Source: Nereida sp.
GTDB lineage: Bacteria > Pseudomonadota > Alphaproteobacteria > Rhodobacterales > Rhodobacteraceae
Direction: 5' to 3'
DNA: 64,000 nucleotides
Assembly: GCF_965655635.1 (NCBI RefSeq)
Contig: NZ_CBFHHE010000004.1
Span: 30,158 to 94,157, forward strand
Shown here: positions 1-9,262 of the stretch, one piece after another
Numbering within the stretch: the first letter of the stretch is position 1
How the letters are laid out: each line of letters begins with the position of its first letter
The notes under the pieces: generated by a model
Databases searched by the model: none
Seen by the model: the letters and a program-made list of their open reading frames with translations, nothing else
What the model was told of the DNA's origin: nothing
Made by a program: the position numbers and the translations under genes

Positions 1-92
1 GTCGGCGTAGCCGCGTGTGCTAAGCTCGGAAATGCGCAGTGTCTCGTGCAGCACAAACGCCATGTCTTTGGTGGGGGCGGTGTAATGGGGCA
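1..92 (-). CDS. 5' end of an acyl-CoA dehydrogenase (runs off the window edge); apparent 1-nt frameshift after codon 2-3
   Basis: The minus strand reads YTAPTKDMAFVLHETLRISELSTRGYAD, typical of Rhodobacterales acyl-CoA dehydrogenase N-termini. The SD-preceded ATG (GGAGA, 8 nt before ATG at 92) is one base out of frame with it. It lies downstream of a LiuR-like regulator. Confidence 0.65.
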
Positions 93-120
93 TAACGGAT
101 CTCTCCCTGATCGGTACTTT

Positions 121-591
121 TTAGTTAGGTGTTTCGTTTGCGTTGCTGGCGATAATTACAGCCCCCCACGCAAGTTGTTCTTTGAGGTCTTCGATTGCCT
201 CGGTCAGTTCATCGCGCTGGGCGATCATCGCGTTTAGGCGGTCTTGAGCAATCTGGTAGGTGCGCTTTAGCTGGGTCTGCTGCTGGTCGCCCATGTCATA
301 CAGATCCAGCAACTGGCGGATGTCCTCTAGGCTGAACCCAAAGCGTTTGCCGCGCAAAATCAGCTTGAGCCGCGCGCGGTCACGTTTGGTGAAAAGGCGG
401 CGTTGGCCTTCGCGGATCGGGAACAGCAGTTCCTTGGCCTCATAAAAGCGCAACGTGCGGGCGGTGACGTCAAATGCCTCGCACATTTCACGGATGCTCA
501 TCATGCGGTCCGTGACGAAAAGATCATCCGGCGTGGTGGCGCCAACAGAGGTGTGCGCCGACGTGATTTGGGGGGTGTCTACATGTGTCAT
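121..591 (-). CDS. liuR: MerR-family transcriptional regulator, LiuR-like
   Basis: MerR HTH SIREMCEAFDVTARTLRFYE and RLKLILRGKRFGFSLEDI. A LiuR-type palindrome lies upstream and an acyl-CoA dehydrogenase downstream. The start is uncertain (591 chosen; 597 or a later Met possible). Confidence 0.8.
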   Translation of the reverse strand: MTHVDTPQITSAHTSVGATTPDDLFVTDRMMSIREMCEAFDVTARTLRFYEAKELLFPIREGQRRLFTKRDRARLKLILRGKRFGFSLEDIRQLLDLYDMGDQQQTQLKRTYQIAQDRLNAMIAQRDELTEAIEDLKEQLAWGAVIIASNANETPN

Positions 592-611
592 GCCCAAGTG
601 CTAGCAAACAG

Positions 612-627
612 TTGACGTTAACGTAAA
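612..627. promoter_or_regulatory. LiuR-type operator TTGACGTTAACGTAAA
   Basis: Near-perfect 16-bp palindrome matching the LiuR consensus TTTACGTwwACGTAAA, 20 bp upstream of the MerR gene (autoregulation geometry). Confidence 0.7.
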
Positions 628-770
628 TGTAACGCCGCGTCACTTTTCGCAAGGTAAACAACTCGTGAATCAAACATGAATAATTAACCAGTTTCCATGG
701 CCTAAAGCGCCCTGAAATTAGCAAAAATCGCTGTGTTTATTGGGATTTTGTACCGGCTACTCAGGTGCGC

Positions 771-1145
771 TTAGGACGAAATCTCATCTGCTGTAAGATT
801 CCGCAGGCGGCGCAACTCTTCGGTGGTTTCAACCAATTGGCGCTGCTGTTCTTCCAGTTCGGCCAGTTGCACATCAGCCAGCTCAACCCATGCGCGCATC
901 TGAGTCTCTGTGCCCTCGTGATCATAGATCAATAGCCACTGACGGATATCTTCAAGCGGGAAACCAAAGCGGCGACCGCGCAAAATAAGCGTCATGCGGG
1001 CACATTCACGGGTGCTGTAAAAGCGCGCGCGGCCTTCTTTGCGGGGGGTCAGAAGATCAATGTACTCGTAATAGCGCAGGGTGCGCGGCGTGACGTTAAA
1101 CCGGGTACACATCTCTTTGAAGTTGAGGTCTTCGGTCGTGTTCAC
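771..1145 (-). CDS. MerR-family transcriptional regulator (paralog of the adjacent one)
   Basis: FKEMCTRFNVTPRTLRYYE HTH and ILRGRRFGFPLEDIRQWL, followed by a coiled-coil tail. Confidence 0.88.
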   Translation of the reverse strand: MNTTEDLNFKEMCTRFNVTPRTLRYYEYIDLLTPRKEGRARFYSTRECARMTLILRGRRFGFPLEDIRQWLLIYDHEGTETQMRAWVELADVQLAELEEQQRQLVETTEELRRLRNLTADEISS

Positions 1146-1341
1146 GGGGCAAATACTCCTGAAAATCTATTCTGACATTACGGCAAGTCGGGGGCAGCTT
1201 GCAACCGCTTCGCCAGTGGCGCATCACTAAATAGACTTGCACAAGGTGTTTGGCAGGTGAATGTTGCGTATGCGCGGGTCTGCATAATTTTGTGCCCGCT
1301 GCACCGCGCTTTGTGATGCGCACTGACGGAGAGCCGCTGAG

Positions 1342-1782
1342 ATGACCACCCCTGAAAATGCTGACCGCCAAGCGCGGATTGCTGCGCAATTTATCGCGGC
1401 GATTCCACATTCGACTGCCTTGGGTATGCAGGTACAAAGCGTGTCCGGAGGGGTGGCTGAAATCACCATGCCGTATGACAAAAAACTGGTGGGAGACCCT
1501 GCCACAGGGGTGATCCACGGGGGGGCCGTATCGGCGTTGATGGATACGTGCGGCGGGGCTGCGGTGCTGTGCCATGACGCGGGGCCCATCGGGACAGCGA
1601 CCATTGATTTGCGTATCGATTACATGCGCGCGGCCACGCCAGGTCAGACCATTACAGCGCGCGCGGAATGCTATCACGTCACGCGGTCTGTCGCGTTCGT
1701 GCGGGCCACGGCGGTGGATGAAGACACGGGGCGGCCCGTGGCCACGGCAACCGGTGCCTTTACGGTGGAGTTTGCGAAATGA
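1342..1782 (+). CDS. PaaI-family (hotdog-fold) thioesterase
   Basis: GVIHGGAVSALMD and TIDLRIDYMR motifs. Confidence 0.9.
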   Translation: MTTPENADRQARIAAQFIAAIPHSTALGMQVQSVSGGVAEITMPYDKKLVGDPATGVIHGGAVSALMDTCGGAAVLCHDAGPIGTATIDLRIDYMRAATPGQTITARAECYHVTRSVAFVRATAVDEDTGRPVATATGAFTVEFAK

Positions 1783-2336
1783 GCGCGTCTGACAAAAACA
1801 CCCGCCCCGCGCCCGAACCAGTTCAGGTGGTCAAACAGCGTCGTGACCGCGCGCTTCAGGCGTTGGTGTCGGGCATTCCTTATGTGCAGTTTTTGGGCAT
1901 TGAATTTGACCGACGCGGAGATGAGCTGACGGCAACGCTGCGCTATGATCCCAAGTTGATCGGCAATCCGCTTTTGCCCGCGATACACGGCGGGGCAACG
2001 GCGGCTTTTCTGGAAACAGCGGCGATTATTGAACTGGGCTGGGCGCGTGTCTGGAGCGACGTGGAAAGCGGTGCGCTGGACGTTGAGGCGATGACACCTG
2101 AGAGCCTGCCGCGCTTGCCCAAGACGATAGATTTTACTGTAGATTACCTGCGGTCGGGCTTGCCCCGCGATGCGTATGCACGGGCGCGGATCAACCGATC
2201 GGGGCGGCGGTTTGCCTCTGTGCATGTTGAGGCGTGGCAAGACAATCGCAGCAAGCTTTTCGCCCAAGGGACAGGCCACTTCGTGATGCCAGAGCGAAAT
2301 GATGGCGCAGATGCAGCCGCACGTGATCGCGGGTGA
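1779..2336 (+). CDS. PaaI-family thioesterase
   Basis: AIHGGATAAFLE and TIDFTVDYLR motifs; 4-nt overlap with the preceding gene. Confidence 0.9.
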   Translation: MSASDKNTRPAPEPVQVVKQRRDRALQALVSGIPYVQFLGIEFDRRGDELTATLRYDPKLIGNPLLPAIHGGATAAFLETAAIIELGWARVWSDVESGALDVEAMTPESLPRLPKTIDFTVDYLRSGLPRDAYARARINRSGRRFASVHVEAWQDNRSKLFAQGTGHFVMPERNDGADAAARDRG

Positions 2337-3691
2337 GTGCCCAAGCGCCTGATCCCAAAGCGCAGCCCCCCGAGGATGCAGCCGCTGGTCCTTTGACCCA
2401 TAAACGTGTGCTGCACATCGCGCTTCCGATTGTGCTGTCTAACGCTACGGTGCCGATTTTGGGCGCTGTTGATACGGGCGTTGTGGGGCAAATTGGCGAT
2501 CCTGTGCCTATCGGGGCTGTGGGGATCGGTGCGATAATTCTAAGTGCGATTTATTGGGTTTTCGGGTTCTTGCGCATGGGCACAGCGGGTCTGACGGCAC
2601 AGGCCGCCGGTGCACGCGACGAAGGCGAGATGGCGGCGTTACTCTCGCGGGCGATGTTGATCGGGATTGGGGCTGGCATTGTGATCATTGCTGCCCAAGT
2701 GGCCTTTTTTGCAGGGGCGTTCATGATTTCGCCTGCCAGTCCGCAGGTTGAGGGGCTGGCCCGCGAATACATGAGCATCCGTGTCTGGTCCGCGCCTGCG
2801 GCCATTGCGCTTTACGGCATTACCGGTTGGTTGGTGGGGCGCGAAAACACCATGGGCGTGTTTGCCATTCAGCTGTTGGTAAACCTTGCTAACATGGGGT
2901 TAAGCGTGCTGTTGGGGCTGAAACTTGGCTGGGGTGTAAGCGGCGTGGCGTGGGCTACAGTGCTTGCCGAGTGGTCCGGTTTGGCTTTTGGGCTGTGGCT
3001 GTGCCGCGGGGTGTTTTGGGGTCCCTATTGGCGCAGTGTGGCGCGGGTTTTTGATAAAGCGCGTTTGGTCAATATGATGTCCGTCAACACAGACATTATG
3101 ATCCGGTCCGTGTTGTTACAGGCGATTTTCGTATCTTTTCTGTTTTTCGGATCGGGGATGGGCAATGTGGATTTGGCCGCAAACCAGATCCTTTTGCAGT
3201 TTTTATACGTGACGGCCTACGCCATGGACGGGTTTGCGTTTGCCGCCGAGGCGATCGTGGGCCGCGCGATGGGCGCACGCGATCCGGCTCGGTTGCGGCG
3301 TGGGGCTATTTTGACAAGTGGATGGGGTTTGGGCATTTGCGCGGTGTTGGCGCTGGCTTTTGCGCTGGCTGGTGGGGCTGTGATTGATGTGATGACCACG
3401 GCGCCCGATGTGCGCGCAGCGGCGCGAGAGTATCTGCCATATATGGTTGCCGCACCCCTGCTTGGCACCGCGTCATGGATGCTGGATGGCATTTTCATTG
3501 GGGCCACCCGCAGCCGCGATATGCGCAACATGATGCTGGTCTCGGCGCTGATTTATTTTGCCGGTGCGGTGGTGCTGTTGCCGATCCTTGGAAATCACGG
3601 CCTGTGGCTGTGTTTACTGCTGAGTTTTGTGGCGCGCGGCATTACGTTGGGTCTGCGGTATCCGGCCCTTGAGCGGGCCGCGGCGCGCTGA
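2333..3691 (+). CDS. dinF: MATE-family efflux transporter (DinF-like)
   Basis: IALPIVLSNATVPILGAVDT, FGFLRMGT and AYAMDGFAFAAE; about 12 hydrophobic segments. Confidence 0.88.
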   Translation: MSAQAPDPKAQPPEDAAAGPLTHKRVLHIALPIVLSNATVPILGAVDTGVVGQIGDPVPIGAVGIGAIILSAIYWVFGFLRMGTAGLTAQAAGARDEGEMAALLSRAMLIGIGAGIVIIAAQVAFFAGAFMISPASPQVEGLAREYMSIRVWSAPAAIALYGITGWLVGRENTMGVFAIQLLVNLANMGLSVLLGLKLGWGVSGVAWATVLAEWSGLAFGLWLCRGVFWGPYWRSVARVFDKARLVNMMSVNTDIMIRSVLLQAIFVSFLFFGSGMGNVDLAANQILLQFLYVTAYAMDGFAFAAEAIVGRAMGARDPARLRRGAILTSGWGLGICAVLALAFALAGGAVIDVMTTAPDVRAAAREYLPYMVAAPLLGTASWMLDGIFIGATRSRDMRNMMLVSALIYFAGAVVLLPILGNHGLWLCLLLSFVARGITLGLRYPALERAAAR

Positions 3692-4744
3692 TCAAAGCCA
3701 GCGGTCGCGGTCTGTGCCAACAGCGTCTTTGACGTTGTCGAACCCGTCTTGGCGCAAAAGCGTATCCACCCCGTTTGCGAGATCACGGACCAACGAAAGG
3801 CCGCCGTAAACCAAACCGGAATAAAGCTGCACCGCAGAGGCGCCCGCTTTGATTTTGGCATAGGCCTGTGCTGGTGTGGCCACGCCGCCCACACCAATAA
3901 GCGGGATATCCGTCAGACCAAAGAGCCGCGCCAGAACCCGCGTGGACATCTCGAAGAGTGGTTGGCCCGACAGCCCGCCAGCTTCATGTGCGTGTGCAGA
4001 ATTTAACCCGTCGCGGCGCAGGGTAGTGTTGGTGGCGATGATCGCATCAAGGCCCGCGTCGTTTGCGACTTCTGCCACATCCGCAATGTCTGCATCGCTG
4101 AGATCCGGCGCGATTTTGAGGAACACGGGCGTTGTGCCGCGCACCGCCATTACGCCCGCCAGCAATTCGGCGAGGGCCGCTTTGCCTTGCAGGTCACGCA
4201 GCTTTTCGGTGTTAGGGCTTGAAACGTTCACGGTGGCAAAATCAACCACGTCGCGGACCCGCTCCATCACGGTAGCGAAATCTGCTGCGCGGTCTGTGCT
4301 GTTTTTGTTGGCGCCAAGGTTTAAGCCCACGGGGATCGCGCCATCTGTTGTGGTTTTGCGCGCCGCCAGACGGGTTGCGATGGCGTCCATACCGTCATTG
4401 TTAAAGCCAAAACGGTTGATCACCGCAGCATCTTCGGCCAGCCGGAAAAGGCGGGGTTTGGGGTTGCCCGGCTGGGGGCGGGGCGTCGCGGCACCCACTT
4501 CCAAAAAGCCGAAACCCGCCTGCTGAAGCTTGCCAATGGCTTGTGCGTTTTTGTCAAAGCCCGCGGCAAGGCCGATGGGGTTGGCAATGTTGATGCCCGC
4601 AATTTGAGTTGCCAGCCGCGCGTTCGTGACAGGGCCGGGCGTTGGGGCGAGGCCTGCGTTGAGCGCTTTCAGCGACAATCCGTGGGCGGTTTCAGGATCA
4701 AAGCTGCGCAGAACGCGCATGCCAATGGTTTCGATTATGCTCAT
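3692..4744 (-). CDS. pyrD: Quinone-dependent dihydroorotate dehydrogenase
   Basis: [33 protein letters not shown] and GGLSG motifs. Start placed at MSIIET, with an ATGA overlap with the DUF952 stop. Confidence 0.96.
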   Translation of the reverse strand: MSIIETIGMRVLRSFDPETAHGLSLKALNAGLAPTPGPVTNARLATQIAGINIANPIGLAAGFDKNAQAIGKLQQAGFGFLEVGAATPRPQPGNPKPRLFRLAEDAAVINRFGFNNDGMDAIATRLAARKTTTDGAIPVGLNLGANKNSTDRAADFATVMERVRDVVDFATVNVSSPNTEKLRDLQGKAALAELLAGVMAVRGTTPVFLKIAPDLSDADIADVAEVANDAGLDAIIATNTTLRRDGLNSAHAHEAGGLSGQPLFEMSTRVLARLFGLTDIPLIGVGGVATPAQAYAKIKAGASAVQLYSGLVYGGLSLVRDLANGVDTLLRQDGFDNVKDAVGTDRDRWL

Positions 4745-5079
4745 GTCATATCCGCCGGAAAACGATGTTGCGCGCCATCCCATGGCAGGGGCACGGCCCA
4801 TTTTGCCTCGTCCAGACGAAGGTCGCGGTAAAGGTGGGGGAAAAAATCACCGCCGCGTGAGGGTTCCCACTTCAGCGCGTCGCCCAAGTTGTCGGTGTCA
4901 TAGGCCAGTAGCCACAGGTCTTCGACAGCTGCAAACCATTTGGACGCGGTTTCGCCTGCCTGTGCTGCTGTTGAGAAGTGGACATAGCCATCGGCGACAT
5001 CAATCGGCGCGCCTTGGGTCTGGCCCGCGTCTTGGAGGGCGGCCCATTCATCTGACCGCATGATTTTATAGATCAACAT
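4741..5079 (-). CDS. DUF952 family protein
   Basis: IYKI...DGYVHFST...Q..ET..KWF and [14 protein letters not shown]; the family is commonly paired with pyrD in alphaproteobacteria. Confidence 0.88.
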   Translation of the reverse strand: MLIYKIMRSDEWAALQDAGQTQGAPIDVADGYVHFSTAAQAGETASKWFAAVEDLWLLAYDTDNLGDALKWEPSRGGDFFPHLYRDLRLDEAKWAVPLPWDGAQHRFPADMT

Positions 5080-5222
5080 GGGGCTTCAAGTGCCGGCGAA
5101 ATGTGCAGCCGTCAAGCATCTGTTACGTTATTGGCCCATGAAGTGGCCATGGTAGGCGATGTCTACTGGACACAATTCAAAGGGTGCGCCACGCTTGCGC
5201 TATCTGACAAAGGGGATTCCAC

Positions 5223-6800
5223 ATGATTAATCGTCTGCTTACTTCTGTCGCTGCTTTGGCAGTGAGTGCTGGGGCTGCTGCCGCTGACTATTCACTGACC
5301 ATTTTGCACACAAACGACTTTCACGCCCGCTTTGAGCCGATCAGTAAATATGATGGTCCGTGCTCGGCGGAAGATAACACCGAAGGCAAGTGTTTTGGCG
5401 GCTCTGCCCGTTTGGTAACAGCTGTTGAAGACGCACGTGCGCGCAGCAACAACTTTATTCTTGTGGATGGCGGCGATCAGTTTCAGGGGTCACTCTTTTA
5501 TACGTATTATAAAGGCAAAGTTGCCGCCGAGATGATGAACAAAATGGGCTATGACGGGATGACCGTGGGTAACCACGAGTTTGACGACGGCCCAGAAGTG
5601 TTGCGCGGTTTCATGGATGCGGTGGATTTCCCGGTCTTGATGTCAAATGCGGACTTTTCGGCAGAGCCTGCTTTGGCGGATAAATTGCTGAAATCTACAG
5701 TGATCGAGCGCGACGGTGAGAAGATTGGCATTATCGGTCTGACCCCAGAAGACACAGATGAGCTCGCCTCACCAGGTCCGAACATCAGCTTCAGTGACCC
5801 TGTCACCGCCGTGCAGGGCGAAGTGGACCGTCTAAGCGCGCAAGGCATCAACAAGATTGTTGTGCTGTCACACTCTGGCTTTGATGTGGACAAGCGCGTT
5901 GCTGCAAATGTGACGGGTGTTGATGTGATCGTGGGCGGTCACTCAAACACGTTGCTGTCAAACACCCAAGAGCGCGCGGTCGACGTTTATCCCGTGATGG
6001 TTGGCGACACAGCCATTGTGCAGGCCTATGCATACGGCAAGTTTTTAGGCGAATTGAACGTGACTTTCGACGATGCGGGCGTGATCACCCAAGCGGTGGG
6101 CGAGCCGATCATCACATCGTCTGAAGTGGGTGAAGACGCGGGCACTGTGGCACGCATTGCCGAGTTGGCCGCACCCCTTGATGAGATCCGCCAGAAAGTT
6201 GTGGCCAGTGCTGCAGCCCCGATTGAAGGCGACCGAGCAGTGTGTCGCGTGATGGAATGCGCCATGGGTAACTTGGTGGCGGACGCCATGCTTGAGCGCG
6301 TTGCAGACCAAGGTGTGACAATCGCGATTGCGAACTCTGGCGGTTTGCGGGCCAGCATCGACGCAGGCGAAGTGACAATGGGCGAAGTTTTCACTGTGCT
6401 GCCGTTCCAAAACACATTATCGACGTTCCAGATTGATGGCGCGGGTGTCATTGCGGCACTTGAAAACGGTGTGAGCCAGCTTGAAGAAGTAAAAGGCCGC
6501 TTTCCACAGGTTGCGGGCTTGAAGTTCACACTTGATCCCACGGTGGCACCAAACGAGGGTCGCATCCAAGATGTGATGGTGCAGACCGCATCTGGTTTTG
6601 TGGCGATTGATCCAGCGGCAACATATTCAGTTGTGACGAATAACTATGTCCGCAACGGTGGTGACGGCTACAAAATGTTCGCAGGCGACGATAAAAATGC
6701 CTACGACTTTGGGCCGGACCTTGCCGATGTTGTTGCGGAATACCTCGCAAAATCAGGTCCTTATGCGCCATACACAGATGGCCGTATTGCGGTAAAGTAG
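5223..6800 (+). CDS. Periplasmic 5'-nucleotidase / UDP-sugar hydrolase
   Basis: Signal peptide; ILHTNDFH, DGGDQFQG, GNHEFD and VGGHSN metallophosphoesterase motifs; C-terminal NSGGLR...LPFQN domain. Confidence 0.94.
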   Translation: MINRLLTSVAALAVSAGAAAADYSLTILHTNDFHARFEPISKYDGPCSAEDNTEGKCFGGSARLVTAVEDARARSNNFILVDGGDQFQGSLFYTYYKGKVAAEMMNKMGYDGMTVGNHEFDDGPEVLRGFMDAVDFPVLMSNADFSAEPALADKLLKSTVIERDGEKIGIIGLTPEDTDELASPGPNISFSDPVTAVQGEVDRLSAQGINKIVVLSHSGFDVDKRVAANVTGVDVIVGGHSNTLLSNTQERAVDVYPVMVGDTAIVQAYAYGKFLGELNVTFDDAGVITQAVGEPIITSSEVGEDAGTVARIAELAAPLDEIRQKVVASAAAPIEGDRAVCRVMECAMGNLVADAMLERVADQGVTIAIANSGGLRASIDAGEVTMGEVFTVLPFQNTLSTFQIDGAGVIAALENGVSQLEEVKGRFPQVAGLKFTLDPTVAPNEGRIQDVMVQTASGFVAIDPAATYSVVTNNYVRNGGDGYKMFAGDDKNAYDFGPDLADVVAEYLAKSGPYAPYTDGRIAVK

Positions 6801-6823
6801 GCCTGTTGCATCAATGTCTAATC

Positions 6824-6858
6824 ACGGCGCGTAGGGCTCCCTGCGCGCCGTTTTTGTT
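6824..6858 (+). terminator. Rho-independent terminator
   Basis: ACGGCGCGTAGG-gctc-CCTGCGCGCCGT stem followed by TTTTGTTT, just after the nucleotidase stop. Confidence 0.85.
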
Positions 6859-7159
6859 TGAATTTGATGGTGATTTGTTGGGGTAATTAGGTGGGGGACA
6901 CACGGCGTTCGTATGCCCCCGTTATGAACGTGACCGGCACTAATTAGTTAATAAACTATGTAGGAAGTCAGTCCATTTTTAGTATCTAGTTGCGACCAAG
7001 TAAAAATACGATGAATCTAGCGGACGAATTGTGAAATATTTGCACATTCAATCGATTGGACGCGTGCAGGTGTGGTGATTAGCGGGTATCGGGTCTGTAT
7101 GAACACATCACCTACAACCGCTTGACGATGGTCGCGCACTAACTTATTCGGACAGCAGC

Positions 7160-7233
7160 GCGGGTGTTGTGTAATGGTAAGACCTCAGCCTTCCAAGCTG
7201 ATGATACGGGTTCGATTCCCGTCACCCGCTCCA
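7160..7233 (+). tRNA. tRNA-Gly (TCC)
   Basis: Acceptor stem GCGGGTG/CACCCGC, anticodon arm TCAGC-CTTCCAA-GCTGA, GGTTCGATTCC T-arm, encoded CCA; 74 nt. Confidence 0.96.
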
Positions 7234-7343
7234 ATCTACCCCTCTTAGATTTCGGACTGTGTGTCGCAGGGCACGGCTGTTGCTTGGCTTGCTCCTATGC
7301 GGGGGGAGGGCTATAGCGATCTCGCACTGATAATCGAGGCCCC

Positions 7344-9143
7344 ATGGCGCGTTCCAAAACTACCCCGCCCATCACAACTGACGAAGAACGCGCCAAGTCG
7401 AAGGACTTTGGGGCCCTTCGGGGTTTGGTACCCTTCATAAAACCTTACACGGCGCTTTTGGTGGCGGCGGTTTTTGCGCTGATCTCGACGGCGGTGATCA
7501 GTTTGGTGTTGCCGCTGGCGGTGCGCCGGGTGGTGGATAACTTCAACACTGGTGACGCGGAAATCCTTGATCAGTATTTCTTGGCGGCATTGGTCGTGGC
7601 GGGACTTTTGGCGTTGGGCACGGGGCTGCGGTTTTATCTTGTCACCCGTCTCGGCGAGCGGGTCGTGACAGATATCCGCATGGCCGTATTTGACCGAGTT
7701 ATCGGTCTGTCGCCTGCATTTTTTGAAAAGATCATGACCGGTGAGGTGCTCAGCCGGATCACGACCGACACTACGTTGATCCAGTCGGTCATCGGTTCGT
7801 CCATATCGATCGCGGCACGTAACGCGTTGATTTTGCTGGGCGGGATGGTGTTGATGTTGTTGACCTCGGCCAAACTTACGTCACTGGTGCTGTTGATCGT
7901 GCCCGCTGTAATTGTGCCGATCATTGTGTTGGGCCGCCGTTTGCGCGTGCTCAGCCGCGAGAACCAAGACTGGATCGCGGCGTCCTCAGGCACTGCGTCC
8001 GAGACACTTTTGGCCGTTCAAACCGTTCAGGCTTTTACGTCCGAAGGGCACACACGGGCGCAATTTGCGGATGTGACGGAAAAGAGTTTTGTCGCTGCGA
8101 AAAAGCGGGTGCTGACCCGCGCACTGATGACCGTGATTGTAATCTTTCTTGTCTTTACGGGCATTGTTGGCGTGCTGTGGATCGGGGCGAATGACGTAAG
8201 CGCCGGTGCGATGACCGCGGGTGAATTGGTGCAGTTCGTCATCTACGCGGTCATGGTTGCGGGGGCTGTTGCTGCCTTGTCCGAGATCTGGTCCGAGTTG
8301 CAACGCGCGGCGGGCGCGACCGAAAGACTGGTTGAGTTATTACATGCCGAAGATACCGTGCTGGATCCCGCGTTGCCTGTTGCGTTGCCCGATGCAAAGC
8401 ACGGCACAGTCAGCTTTGAGGATGTCACTTTCCGCTATCCCGCGCGGCCCAATGCGGCCGCGCTTGACGGTATTTCGTTCAGCGTGAAGCCTGGTGAAAC
8501 GGTAGCACTTGTTGGCCCGTCCGGTGCGGGTAAGTCGACAATCATTCAGCTGCTGCAGCGTTTTTACGACCCCCAAGCGGGGTGCATTATGCTGAACGGT
8601 GTCGACCTGCGCGATATGGAGCGTGCGGCATTTCGTCGTGCAATCGCTTTGGTTCCCCAAGAGCCGGTCATCTTTGCAGCCTCTGCGGCAGATAATATTC
8701 GCTTCGGCATGCCCGCTGCCACGGACGCCGAGGTTGTTGCGGCTGCCAAAGCCGCCGCCGCCGATGAGTTCTTAAGCGCGCTGCCCGAAGGGTATGACAC
8801 CTATGTGGGTGAGCGCGGTGTGATGCTGTCTGGCGGGCAAAAACAGCGCATTGCGATTGCCCGTGCAATTTTGCGCGATGCCCCTGTTTTGTTGCTTGAT
8901 GAGGCCACTTCCGCGCTTGATGCGGCGTCTGAGCGCGCGGTGCAGCAGGCGGTGCAAACCCTGTCGGCGGACCGCACAACGTTGATCGTGGCGCACCGTT
9001 TGGCGACCATCAAACAGGCGGACCGGATCGTGGTTTTTGATCAAGGCAAGATCGTAGCTACCGGCACCCATGATGAACTGGTTGCGCAAGACGGACTTTA
9101 TGCGCGGCTTGCACGATTGCAGTTTACTGCAGAAATCGCGTAA
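7344..9143 (+). CDS. ABC exporter, fused TMD + ATPase (MsbA/ExsA-like)
   Basis: Six TM helices, Walker A GPSGAGKS, signature LSGGQKQR, Walker B LLLDEATSALD, and H-loop. Confidence 0.93.
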   Translation: MARSKTTPPITTDEERAKSKDFGALRGLVPFIKPYTALLVAAVFALISTAVISLVLPLAVRRVVDNFNTGDAEILDQYFLAALVVAGLLALGTGLRFYLVTRLGERVVTDIRMAVFDRVIGLSPAFFEKIMTGEVLSRITTDTTLIQSVIGSSISIAARNALILLGGMVLMLLTSAKLTSLVLLIVPAVIVPIIVLGRRLRVLSRENQDWIAASSGTASETLLAVQTVQAFTSEGHTRAQFADVTEKSFVAAKKRVLTRALMTVIVIFLVFTGIVGVLWIGANDVSAGAMTAGELVQFVIYAVMVAGAVAALSEIWSELQRAAGATERLVELLHAEDTVLDPALPVALPDAKHGTVSFEDVTFRYPARPNAAALDGISFSVKPGETVALVGPSGAGKSTIIQLLQRFYDPQAGCIMLNGVDLRDMERAAFRRAIALVPQEPVIFAASAADNIRFGMPAATDAEVVAAAKAAAADEFLSALPEGYDTYVGERGVMLSGGQKQRIAIARAILRDAPVLLLDEATSALDAASERAVQQAVQTLSADRTTLIVAHRLATIKQADRIVVFDQGKIVATGTHDELVAQDGLYARLARLQFTAEIA

Positions 9144-9262
9144 ATTTTCGAAAGTTGCTGTAGTTTTTCGTGGCGTCACACTTGCTGTGATTTGCGTTTG
9201 GCCACACGATGCTAAAACGCGTGGGCTTTGGTGCGGCGCGTTCTCTTTGGGAGGAGACCACT

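Noticed and set aside
6860-7159. 300-bp AT-rich gap as an sRNA or small ORF
   Set aside because: Only tiny ORFs and a weak hairpin; explained as the tRNA promoter region.
7160-7343. tRNA-Gly as an island integration site
   Set aside because: No integrase follows, and I saw no duplicate of the tRNA 3' end elsewhere in the window.
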